Source: Vibrio vulnificus CMCP6
GTDB taxonomy: Bacteria > Pseudomonadota > Gammaproteobacteria > Enterobacterales > Vibrionaceae
Direction: 5' to 3'
Assembly: GCF_000039765.1 (NCBI RefSeq)
Contig: NC_004459.3
Coordinates: 2,661,127-2,693,126, forward strand
Length of the DNA stretch: 32,000 nt
Shown: piece by piece, positions 1 through 7,443 of the stretch
How the letters are laid out: each line of letters begins with the position of its first letter
Position numbering within the stretch: the stretch's first letter is position 1
Position numbers and translations under genes: made by a program
Notes under the pieces: generated by a model
Told to the model about the DNA's origin: nothing
The model's input: the letters and a program-made list of their open reading frames with translations, nothing else
The model's database searches: none

Positions 1-197
1 TTTTATGGTAAATACGAATTATGTTTAATCATGAATAAGCGCAACAATATCAATAAAGGGTGGTAGAGGTTCAAACATTTCACGTAGCGTTATATTTAAT
101 TTAACATAATATACATAATGCGCACTTAGCTAACGCTTCCGTAGGGCTACCAATCCACATAGCCAAGCCACCGCAAACCATTGAAATTGCGTACAAA

Positions 198-1415
198 TCA
201 CATAGACAATGTTAAGCGTCCGGGCATTCTTGCTTGAATATCTTTAAGCGATGTTCCTGGCATTTGTACTTGAGCAAACCAATATGGTTTGTGTTTTTCT
301 ACGAATGCATTGCTGTGCTGTAATCCATCATAGATTGAGAATGCCCGACTTTGTGCTAATGCAGCTCCTGCAATACTTCTTTCTTCAACAGGCACATTGT
401 CTATATCTTCAATCACAGCATTTTTGATAAACATTGCATTTGCTGGCCAATCCATGGACTCCAAGACTCGTTTGGCTAGTTGTCCCTCAAGTTCGAAAAT
501 AATTTTGGGTAAAAAAGACATATTGGCGACGACCTCTGCACAAGCGTAATACTCTTCACGCATATCTTGCTCACGGTATTTGAGCATCATCTCAACTAAA
601 GCATCTTCAAATGTATGTGTAAAATGGTTTGATGCGAGAAACTGACCAACCGTTCTCAACACACCAATCAAGATGCCTGCATCGGGCTCTTTGAAATTTG
701 CATCTTGTAAGCGCATTCTAGTGACATTCGCGGTGACTATCATGTGTTGCCACATTTTAGGAGCAATCAACTTGGTATTCGCATCGGACCATTTGAGCAT
801 CGGCCTAGCCATCAGAACAGGGAAAAGTAAACGGCAATTTTCTATGCCCATCTGCCCTATTGCTATTTTCGCATCAGTCGCACTTTTTGATGATTTCCCT
901 ATGCGTTCGCAGAATTTGGGGTTTGTAACGAGATCTAAAACGCTTGAACTAAGCTGATGACTCAAGGTTGTCAAAGTACTCAACTTGGAGAAACTCAAGG
1001 ATGGTGAGTAAGCAAACGAAGCAAGATGATCAAAGTTGGGTATACCATTGAACAATTTATCTATAGGCGTATTGAGTAGTTTCTCAATCATCATGTGCTC
1101 AGCATGGCGGGTAACATCCACAACGACACGTTTATGGGTATTTTGTCTTGCTTTTACCTGTTCACGCCGCTCAACCACTTTTGCCTGCTCACATTCTAAT
1201 AAAATGCGTTGATTGCGAGTGATACGCTCATCTTCAGAAAAAATAACGTCTTCGCAATAGCGACCTTGTAAACTAAGTAGGTTATCAACGTTAGACTGAT
1301 CGAGAATGTATTTCATACTCACTAACCACTTGGCATGTCTAACATTAACCTCATTTGCCACTTGTTCCGCTGTTTCAATCGCTTCTTGTGTATACCGTCT
1401 GTTGGCGAGTAGCAA
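198..1415 (-). CDS. HDOD-domain protein (HD-related output domain)
   Basis: 405-aa ORF. The central region (KLLNTPIDKLFNGIPNFDHLASFAYSPSLSFSKLSTLTTLSHQLSSSVLDLVTNPKF...) and the helical remainder resemble HDOD proteins. Assigned from general resemblance only. Confidence 0.65.
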   Translation of the reverse strand: MLLANRRYTQEAIETAEQVANEVNVRHAKWLVSMKYILDQSNVDNLLSLQGRYCEDVIFSEDERITRNQRILLECEQAKVVERREQVKARQNTHKRVVVDVTRHAEHMMIEKLLNTPIDKLFNGIPNFDHLASFAYSPSLSFSKLSTLTTLSHQLSSSVLDLVTNPKFCERIGKSSKSATDAKIAIGQMGIENCRLLFPVLMARPMLKWSDANTKLIAPKMWQHMIVTANVTRMRLQDANFKEPDAGILIGVLRTVGQFLASNHFTHTFEDALVEMMLKYREQDMREEYYACAEVVANMSFLPKIIFELEGQLAKRVLESMDWPANAMFIKNAVIEDIDNVPVEERSIAGAALAQSRAFSIYDGLQHSNAFVEKHKPYWFAQVQMPGTSLKDIQARMPGRLTLSM

Positions 1416-1617
1416 ATCTGTATCCCTTTAAAGATTTATCACTAGTTTTAGTTTATTCCATAGAGACCAAAAATGAGAAACCAAAGTGATATTGCTTCCA
1501 TTATTTAATCTTGAAATTGCCTACTCTGTCACTATAAGTCACTGACGACAATCGTTCTTGAACATCACATTGAGTAGTAAACGTTCACAACACACCATGT
1601 TTTCAATCAATTATTAA

Positions 1618-1944
1618 TTAGCTCGAGATGTGAATGACAATCATTCGTTCCGGTACCTTATAGCGAAATTTACTGCCGACTTTGATTGTTTGCTTCGCAA
1701 AGCGACATATTTTGGCATCCCCCGTCCCATTGACCTTCTCAACCACCGCATGCTTGTCAGTGTGATTAAAATAAACGACAACGTCGCAATAGCCCGAATA
1801 GTGGACAAATTCTTTGTCGATTTTCTTTTGTACTGACTTTTTTAGCTTTAACGCTATTGGGTTACGAGTGGAATCATCGGCATGAATTGCACTTGGATAG
1901 AAAAGTAAAAGAGATGAAATAAGAAAAGTGACACTGTATCGCAT
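1618..1944 (-). CDS. Small secreted/periplasmic protein with TolA C-terminal (TolA-III)/TonB-C-like domain
   Basis: 108 aa with an N-terminal signal peptide (MRYSVTFLISSLLLFYPSAIHAD). The rest resembles TolA domain III: YSGYCDVVVYF...VEKVNGTGDAKICRFAKQTI. Confidence 0.55.
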   Translation of the reverse strand: MRYSVTFLISSLLLFYPSAIHADDSTRNPIALKLKKSVQKKIDKEFVHYSGYCDVVVYFNHTDKHAVVEKVNGTGDAKICRFAKQTIKVGSKFRYKVPERMIVIHISS

Positions 1945-2048
1945 ATTTTTTCCAAATGAAAATACAATACAGTGCTCAGACTGGATGATATACGTCGATT
2001 CTATTCAATTGCGTGGAGGATTAGTGGTTGTTGCAATTGATATGTTTG

Positions 2049-2360
2049 TTAGGCGTGTTTCTTACCTTTGCTAGACTTAAATCCTTGATGTGGAAATACG
2101 TTACGAATTCTTTGTTGGACTTTCTTTGGCACTTGTTTACTGAACACCAACTTTGCACCAGTACGTAAGCTGTAAACTTTCATTTCACCATCAAAAGGCG
2201 TCTTCTCACCAATCTCCACTAAATTATGGCGAAAAGACGGTGGCAAGTTCCCTTTGATTGACTGAAGGTGTCCTTCTTTAAAGGAAACTTTCAATACGGG
2301 GCGGTCAATGGCCACTAGCCAAAAGATAACGATAGCGGCAACGATAATGACATACAACAT
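2049..2360 (-). CDS. Small membrane-anchored protein, DUF3634-like
   Basis: 103 aa with one N-terminal TM segment (MLYVIIVAAIVIFWLVAI) and a basic C-terminus. It lies next to matP, as in other vibrios (recalled). Confidence 0.5.
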   Translation of the reverse strand: MLYVIIVAAIVIFWLVAIDRPVLKVSFKEGHLQSIKGNLPPSFRHNLVEIGEKTPFDGEMKVYSLRTGAKLVFSKQVPKKVQQRIRNVFPHQGFKSSKGKKHA

Positions 2361-2375
2361 GTGTGTTCTCCTGCA

Positions 2376-2825
2376 CTAATCGGATAATAACTTGCTTAAG
2401 TCTTCTTTCAGAGTCGATACGGCTGCACTCGCTTTTTCGCTACGAGAAGCTTCACTCAGTAAATATTCAATGGCATCAGACAAAGTACAACCCAATTCAT
2501 TCGCACGTGTCGATAGCTTTTCCCACACACGATAATCTAAATCGATGGATTTTTTCTTTGTATGGATCTGCTCAGCATTGAAATGGCGCTTGCGTTTACC
2601 ACGAATGGCTTGTTTGAGTTTCTTGTCCAACTCCTCCGCCATGTGCAAATCAATCCACTCGAGGACTTTGGTCGGTTCATGTTCTAACTTTCTTAGTTCA
2701 GAAACTGCATGGTCAGCTTCACTCGAATCAATATATTTAGTGATGGTTTCTCCATCTTTCCACTTATTGATCAAATACTGCCATTTCCACCCACATTCCA
2801 AGTTTTCGAGTTGTTGATATTTCAT
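2376..2825 (-). CDS. matP: Macrodomain Ter protein MatP
   Basis: 149 aa beginning MKYQQLENLECGWKWQYLINKWKDGE; the C-terminal ribbon-helix-helix region KKKSIDLDYRVWEKLSTRANELGCTLSDAIEYLL matches MatP. It is divergent from a ycbZ-type Lon-like gene followed by fabA. Confidence 0.95.
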   Translation of the reverse strand: MKYQQLENLECGWKWQYLINKWKDGETITKYIDSSEADHAVSELRKLEHEPTKVLEWIDLHMAEELDKKLKQAIRGKRKRHFNAEQIHTKKKSIDLDYRVWEKLSTRANELGCTLSDAIEYLLSEASRSEKASAAVSTLKEDLSKLLSD

Positions 2826-2851
2826 TTTTCCATGTCCTAGCGCTACTTAGG

Positions 2852-2864
2852 GTGACAGCGTAAC
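2852..2864. promoter_or_regulatory. Candidate matS-like site
   Basis: GTGACAGCGTAAC, compared with the matS consensus GTGACRNYGTCAC, has 12/13 matches. It lies 26 bp upstream of the matP start codon. Confidence 0.35.
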
Positions 2865-2973
2865 CCATGTGGGTTTAATTCTCAACAAAACGTGGTCGAA
2901 GGATAGAGAGAGATCAACTTTTTCCTCCCTCACCCTCTATTTAGCCGGATTTAACTGCAGATTTTGTTGGTTC

Positions 2974-2982
2974 TGATATACT
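2974..2982 (+). promoter_or_regulatory. Candidate extended -10 promoter for the Lon-like gene
   Basis: TGATATACT (TGn + TATACT) lies about 31 bp upstream of the ATG at 3014, in the matP/Lon-like divergent intergenic region. No good -35 hexamer. Confidence 0.35.
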
Positions 2983-3013
2983 CCGCTGCAATTAAAGTTT
3001 ATGAAGAAAGTCA

Positions 3014-4657
3014 ATGAACCAAATTAACTGGCAAGCCGTTACGCCACAATTCGATCAATTTGAATCGTCTTTTGCTAATCTTCACTCTATTGAGTTAACC
3101 CATTATTTTGAGCTACAAGAGCGTGCATTAGCAACATTCCGTCACTTTACCCTTCTTTCTGGAATGGCTCGTTTCTTGGTAATTAATTGTTGTGATAACC
3201 CTATCTATCGTGGTTTGGTTGAAGAAGGATTGAACTCTATTGATCCTGAACTAGTGGTCCTAAAAACAGAGACGCTCTCTCCTTCTCATCTCTTTGACCG
3301 CTATAAGCTTAATGCTAATGGTGACGTCGAAATCATTACAGGACTGTTCTCTAAAGCTCGTGGTGGCATTGTCACTGTCTCTGCGAATTTGCTGCTTGCA
3401 AATCCGGGCTCTTGGCCAGCGATTAAGGCGGCAGTGCTTGGCGAATCCCTACTCATTTCTCCATTAAAACCCGAGTGGCAATCATCACACCTGGAACCGA
3501 CTTGCTACGACATAAAATTGGTTATTACTGGTGATCGTGGGCAATTAGCAGATCTTGAGTATCTTGATCCTGATCTCTTCTCTCCAATGACTTTATTCAC
3601 TGAACTCGAAGAAGATTTTCACTTAGGTGAAGAGAATTTAGATGCCTATGTTGGATACATTAAATGGATATGTGATCGTTACCATCTGCCCAGTTTTGAT
3701 AAGGACGCCCTACAACGTTTGTTGATTGCCGGTGTTCGTGAAACAGAGGACCAACATTATCTGCCTCTCTCACCAATTTGGCTTCATCAATGGTTATCTC
3801 TGGCCGCCATTGAATCGCAAGGTTATCAGATCAACGGCGAGCACATGGATGCGGCCATTGAGAAAAAATATTTCCGAGAGTCTTATCTCCCCCAACGCGC
3901 TATCGACGATATCCTAGATGGCCAAGTGATCATTGAAACCACCGGCGAACAAATCGGTCAGATTAACGGCCTAACCGTTATTGATGTCGCAGGTCACCCG
4001 GTTTCTTATGGTGAGCCAGCGCGAATTTCTTGTGTTATCCATTTTGGTGACGGTGATATTTCTGACGTTGAACGTAAAGCCGAGCTCGGCGGAAATCTTC
4101 ATGCAAAGGGTATGATGATCATGCAAGCATTTGTCAGCAGTGCGCTTCAGCTAGATGCGCCACTGCCTTATTCTGCTTCTATCGTATTTGAGCAATCTTA
4201 CAGTGAAGTCGATGGAGATAGTGCGTCACTTGCTGAACTTTGCTGCCTAGTCAGCGCCCTATCTGAGTACCCCATCAATCAGCAAATCGCAGTAACGGGT
4301 GCAGTGGACCAATTTGGCCGTGTACAAGCCGTAGGAGGCCTAAATGAAAAAATTGAAGGCTTCTATCAGGTTTGTAAACATCAAGGTTTCACTGGCGAAC
4401 AAGGGGTTATTTTGCCAGAAACGAACTTAAAACATCTGGCACTTCATAAAGAAGTGGTCGAAAGTATTAAGCTCGGTGAGTTTCATATTTGGGCGGTATC
4501 CGATGTTGAAGACGTGATCCCTATCATTATGAATAAGCCGTTTTGTGGCGAAGACGAAGATAGCGTGCTCAACAAAATTGCGGAAAGAATCGATAACTTT
4601 GCGAAGCATGATCATCCGCAAGGCTTTGTTCAATGGATTAAAAACTGGTTTGTCTAG
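3014..4657 (+). CDS. Lon-like S16-family protease (LonH/YcbZ type)
   Basis: 547 aa. C-terminal Lon protease domain with candidate catalytic Ser (EVDGDSASLAELCCLVSAL) and Lys (VGGLNEKIEGFY). It sits in the conserved matP | ycbZ-type | fabA order. Confidence 0.9.
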   Translation: MNQINWQAVTPQFDQFESSFANLHSIELTHYFELQERALATFRHFTLLSGMARFLVINCCDNPIYRGLVEEGLNSIDPELVVLKTETLSPSHLFDRYKLNANGDVEIITGLFSKARGGIVTVSANLLLANPGSWPAIKAAVLGESLLISPLKPEWQSSHLEPTCYDIKLVITGDRGQLADLEYLDPDLFSPMTLFTELEEDFHLGEENLDAYVGYIKWICDRYHLPSFDKDALQRLLIAGVRETEDQHYLPLSPIWLHQWLSLAAIESQGYQINGEHMDAAIEKKYFRESYLPQRAIDDILDGQVIIETTGEQIGQINGLTVIDVAGHPVSYGEPARISCVIHFGDGDISDVERKAELGGNLHAKGMMIMQAFVSSALQLDAPLPYSASIVFEQSYSEVDGDSASLAELCCLVSALSEYPINQQIAVTGAVDQFGRVQAVGGLNEKIEGFYQVCKHQGFTGEQGVILPETNLKHLALHKEVVESIKLGEFHIWAVSDVEDVIPIIMNKPFCGEDEDSVLNKIAERIDNFAKHDHPQGFVQWIKNWFV

Positions 4658-4674
4658 TACTGATCGGAGTTGTT
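4658..4674. promoter_or_regulatory. Candidate FadR-like operator upstream of fabA
   Basis: TACTGATCGGAGTTGTT closely resembles the E. coli fabA FadR-site region as recalled. It begins 1 bp after the Lon-like gene stop codon. Confidence 0.55.
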
Positions 4675-4675
4675 T

Positions 4676-4693
4676 AGCGTACACCTGTTCACT
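4676..4693. promoter_or_regulatory. Candidate FabR-like operator upstream of fabA
   Basis: AGCGTACACCTGTTCACT, an imperfect palindrome resembling the FabR motif at E. coli fabA/fabB (recalled). It is adjacent to the FadR-like site. Confidence 0.5.
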
Positions 4694-4728
4694 AACATGC
4701 CTGTGTCTAAAATTGGAGTTTACAAACA

Positions 4729-5247
4729 ATGCAGAATAAACGTGAATCATATACCCGCGAAGATCTTTTAGCCTCTAGTCAAGGTGAACTGTTTGGCCCT
4801 GGTTACCCTCAGCTACCAGCACCAAACATGTTAATGATGGACCGAGTAACCAAAATGTCAGAAACTGAAGGCGACTTTGGTAAAGGCCTCATCTTGGCAG
4901 AGCTAGATATCAAACCGGATCTATGGTTCTTTGACTGCCATTTCCCTGGCGACCCAGTGATGCCTGGTTGTCTTGGCTTGGATGCGATGTGGCAGTTAGT
5001 TGGTTTCTTCCTTGGTTGGGTTGGCGGCAAAGGCAAAGGCCGCGCTTTGGGCGTTGGTGAGGTTAAATTTACTGGTCAAATCCTCCCTACAGCGAAAAAG
5101 GTGACCTACGAGATCCACATGAAACGAGTTGTCAATCGTAAGCTTGTTATGGGTCTAGCGGATGGCCGAGTTCTTGTCGACGGTAAAGAGATTTACGTCG
5201 CTAAGGATCTAAAAGTGGGTCTTTTCCAAGACACCTCAGCATTCTAA
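4729..5247 (+). CDS. fabA: 3-hydroxydecanoyl-ACP dehydratase FabA
   Basis: 172 aa with the FabA signature [34 protein letters not shown]. Confidence 0.97.
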   Translation: MQNKRESYTREDLLASSQGELFGPGYPQLPAPNMLMMDRVTKMSETEGDFGKGLILAELDIKPDLWFFDCHFPGDPVMPGCLGLDAMWQLVGFFLGWVGGKGKGRALGVGEVKFTGQILPTAKKVTYEIHMKRVVNRKLVMGLADGRVLVDGKEIYVAKDLKVGLFQDTSAF

Positions 5248-5275
5248 GTTGTTCCACTTTCCAGTGATTTTGATG

Positions 5276-5301
5276 AAACGGCTCTTTGGGCCGTTTTTTA
5301 T
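5276..5301 (+). terminator. Rho-independent terminator of fabA
   Basis: AAACGGC...GCCGTTTTTT hairpin with a T tract, 29 bp after the fabA stop. Confidence 0.85.
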
Positions 5302-5334
5302 TGCGCCTTTCATTTTTTATTCCGCCCAATAATA

Positions 5335-5355
5335 GAAAAGACCCACATCGTGGGC
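5335..5355 (-). terminator. Probable terminator of rmf
   Basis: On the minus strand CCCAC-GAT-GTGGG is followed by TCTTTTC, about 35 bp downstream of rmf. Confidence 0.6.
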
Positions 5356-5390
5356 CCTTCTTTAAAATCCTTCTGTGTTGTATGTGGACA

Positions 5391-5564
5391 TCATTTATAG
5401 AGACCAGAAAGTTTGTCACTTCTGGCATCACGCCAACCACCTAACCAATACGAACGAGCGTCCATCTGTTGATAAGGACATTCTTCCTGAGATCTACCGT
5501 TTAAGCCTGCCTTGTAGCCTTGGGATTGTGCTCGTTCTAGGCGATCACGCTTTTGTCTCTTCAT
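5391..5564 (-). CDS. rmf: Ribosome modulation factor
   Basis: MKRQKRDRLERAQSQGYKAGLNGRSQEECPYQQMDARSYWLGGWRDARSDKLSGLYK (57 aa) matches Rmf. The track ORF (to 5588) carries 8 extra N-terminal residues. The start at 5564 is chosen by family length. Confidence 0.95.
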   Translation of the reverse strand: MKRQKRDRLERAQSQGYKAGLNGRSQEECPYQQMDARSYWLGGWRDARSDKLSGLYK

Positions 5565-5678
5565 AATTTCTACCTCATACAGGTCCATTAGAACTAACGT
5601 ACTACTGTGAAACTTTGATGGAGTTTTTGTGACTCCACAATTAAGAATCGATCAAATGAAGGGATTTCTCAAGCGATA

Positions 5679-5714
5679 AAAAAGGCACAACTTCAAAATT
5701 GTGAAGCTGTGCCT
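5679..5714 (-). terminator. Rho-independent terminator of the DUF3466 gene/operon
   Basis: On the minus strand AGGCACAGCTTCA...TGAAGTTGTGCCT is followed by TTTTTT, just downstream of the stop at 5730. Confidence 0.88.
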
Positions 5715-5729
5715 AGTTTAAAAAATAGC

Positions 5730-7436
5730 CTATTTTCTGCGGAAACCAAATAAAACCAGTAATGTCAAAGACAACCAACCAAGTCCTGCACCGCTACGCT
5801 CTGCTGAAGCTTTTTCAACTGGACGCGCATTAATATTACTTGCATCCGCATCTGCAATAGGAATTAGCTTAACGGCAACCACTGTTTCCTCTTTGGAACC
5901 TTCACCACAATATGAGTTGTGTGCGGTTGTATCGTAGCCACCGTCACACTTGATTGCTGTCGCGGAAATTACACCAGCATCATTGATATCCGTTGCGTCG
6001 ATAATACGATATTGGTTGTTTTCAACAGGCGCGTTGGAACCATTGGTAAGGTCATCCAAATACCACGCTTTGTTATCAAATATCGATCTTCTACTTTCAA
6101 CAGAACCATTAGCCTCATAAGGCAGAATGAATCCACGTTTACGACGCGGCTTGCCATCGATCTCTCGGGTATCTTCTGCATCTAACTGACCAACAATTTC
6201 ATTGTATTTGTTGATGCCACCCATTTTACCGCCTGCACCAGAGAAGAAGATCCCCCCTAACTCAGGTAGAAATGTCGCCGAAACACTTTCGGCTCTAACA
6301 TCTTTTAACAAGAATAGTCGATTGGCTGCTGAACCTTCAGACGGTTTACCACCAGCGCGCTTTGCTTCGCCTATTGCGACAAAATTACTGTTTACGTTAG
6401 TGACAACAGAATTACTGTGAATGATATCACCGCTGATCTTCATCTGCGCGCCACTAACTTGTTTGCTTTGCCAAGTAGAGTCTTTTAATGCACCGCTAGC
6501 GTCAAACGTACCAACAAACACGCTGGCATTAATATAGTTGTCATCTGCGTAAGTGTTGTAACCAACGCCGTAAACTTTATTGTTTGTTGTATCGACAACC
6601 ACATCACGCATACTTCCTTGCGCCAAACGTTCGCCATCTCTATCTACGCCTTGAGGCCAATCCAACTGTTTCACTACGCCAGCATCGTCCCAAATGGCCG
6701 CTTTACTCGTATAGTGTGTGCCGTTTTCATTACCTGTTTTAGAGGACACGCTGCCAACAGTGTAAGTACCATCCGTCTTCCAAGCTCGTGATTGATAGAA
6801 ATCAGTTTCCGTGTCTGTGTCGCTGACCTTTTCATACACAGGCATCACTGGCGCCACGACTTTATTGCGGGTCTGTAACACCCCCTCACCATTGACAATG
6901 CTTTGATTCCCAACGGGTGAGCCGCTTTCCGTTAAACTGTTAATGACATTGTTGAATTTATTGGTGTAGGCGCTTTGATTACCTTCCACAAAAGCCAGTG
7001 CGTTTGAAGTATAGTCTTTGCTTAGTTCTTTGTACCAAGGAGCCCAGTGAATCGATGCCCACGTTTCACACGTCGAATAACGCAGCTCGTTGTAGCAATA
7101 ACGCTCAAAGTCATCAAACTCCTGGATATAGCCAAACGTCGCATCCATCGCAAACGGAAGCTCTTCTCGATAGCTCACCCCATCGACACTGACACGAGTC
7201 TCAAGTGCGAGTTTGAACTTATCGTCTGTACAATTAGCACCATTTGCGAAACAACCGGTTTCGAAAGCGACATCACCTTGTTGAATTGCAACACCATAAG
7301 CATCGTTATAGGTTGATGAGCTTCCATTGAGTGCAGGATCAACTTCAACGACCTTATACAAAGCGGCGTTGGCATTCATGGCGCTACCAACGAGTAGCGC
7401 GACTGTGGTTAATTTGAATCTAATACTGCAATTCAT
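5730..7436 (-). CDS. DUF3466 family exported protein with GlyGly-CTERM-like C-terminus
   Basis: 568 aa with signal peptide MNCSIRFKLTTVALLVGSAMNANAAL. The C-terminal tripartite tail SGAGLGWLSLTLLVLFGFRRK. Immediately downstream of uup. Confidence 0.75.
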   Translation of the reverse strand: MNCSIRFKLTTVALLVGSAMNANAALYKVVEVDPALNGSSSTYNDAYGVAIQQGDVAFETGCFANGANCTDDKFKLALETRVSVDGVSYREELPFAMDATFGYIQEFDDFERYCYNELRYSTCETWASIHWAPWYKELSKDYTSNALAFVEGNQSAYTNKFNNVINSLTESGSPVGNQSIVNGEGVLQTRNKVVAPVMPVYEKVSDTDTETDFYQSRAWKTDGTYTVGSVSSKTGNENGTHYTSKAAIWDDAGVVKQLDWPQGVDRDGERLAQGSMRDVVVDTTNNKVYGVGYNTYADDNYINASVFVGTFDASGALKDSTWQSKQVSGAQMKISGDIIHSNSVVTNVNSNFVAIGEAKRAGGKPSEGSAANRLFLLKDVRAESVSATFLPELGGIFFSGAGGKMGGINKYNEIVGQLDAEDTREIDGKPRRKRGFILPYEANGSVESRRSIFDNKAWYLDDLTNGSNAPVENNQYRIIDATDINDAGVISATAIKCDGGYDTTAHNSYCGEGSKEETVVAVKLIPIADADASNINARPVEKASAERSGAGLGWLSLTLLVLFGFRRK

Positions 7437-7443
7437 CTATTTA

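Noticed and set aside
86-137. AGCGTTA...TAACGCT pair near the left edge, resembling an integron attC site
   Set aside because: The arms are only 7 bp, without the R'/R'' core arrangement or internal L-box structure, and there is no second copy or cassette gene nearby.
673-957. 94-aa plus-strand ORF
   Set aside because: It lies wholly antisense within the HDOD gene and its product has no coherent domain. It is most likely a shadow ORF.
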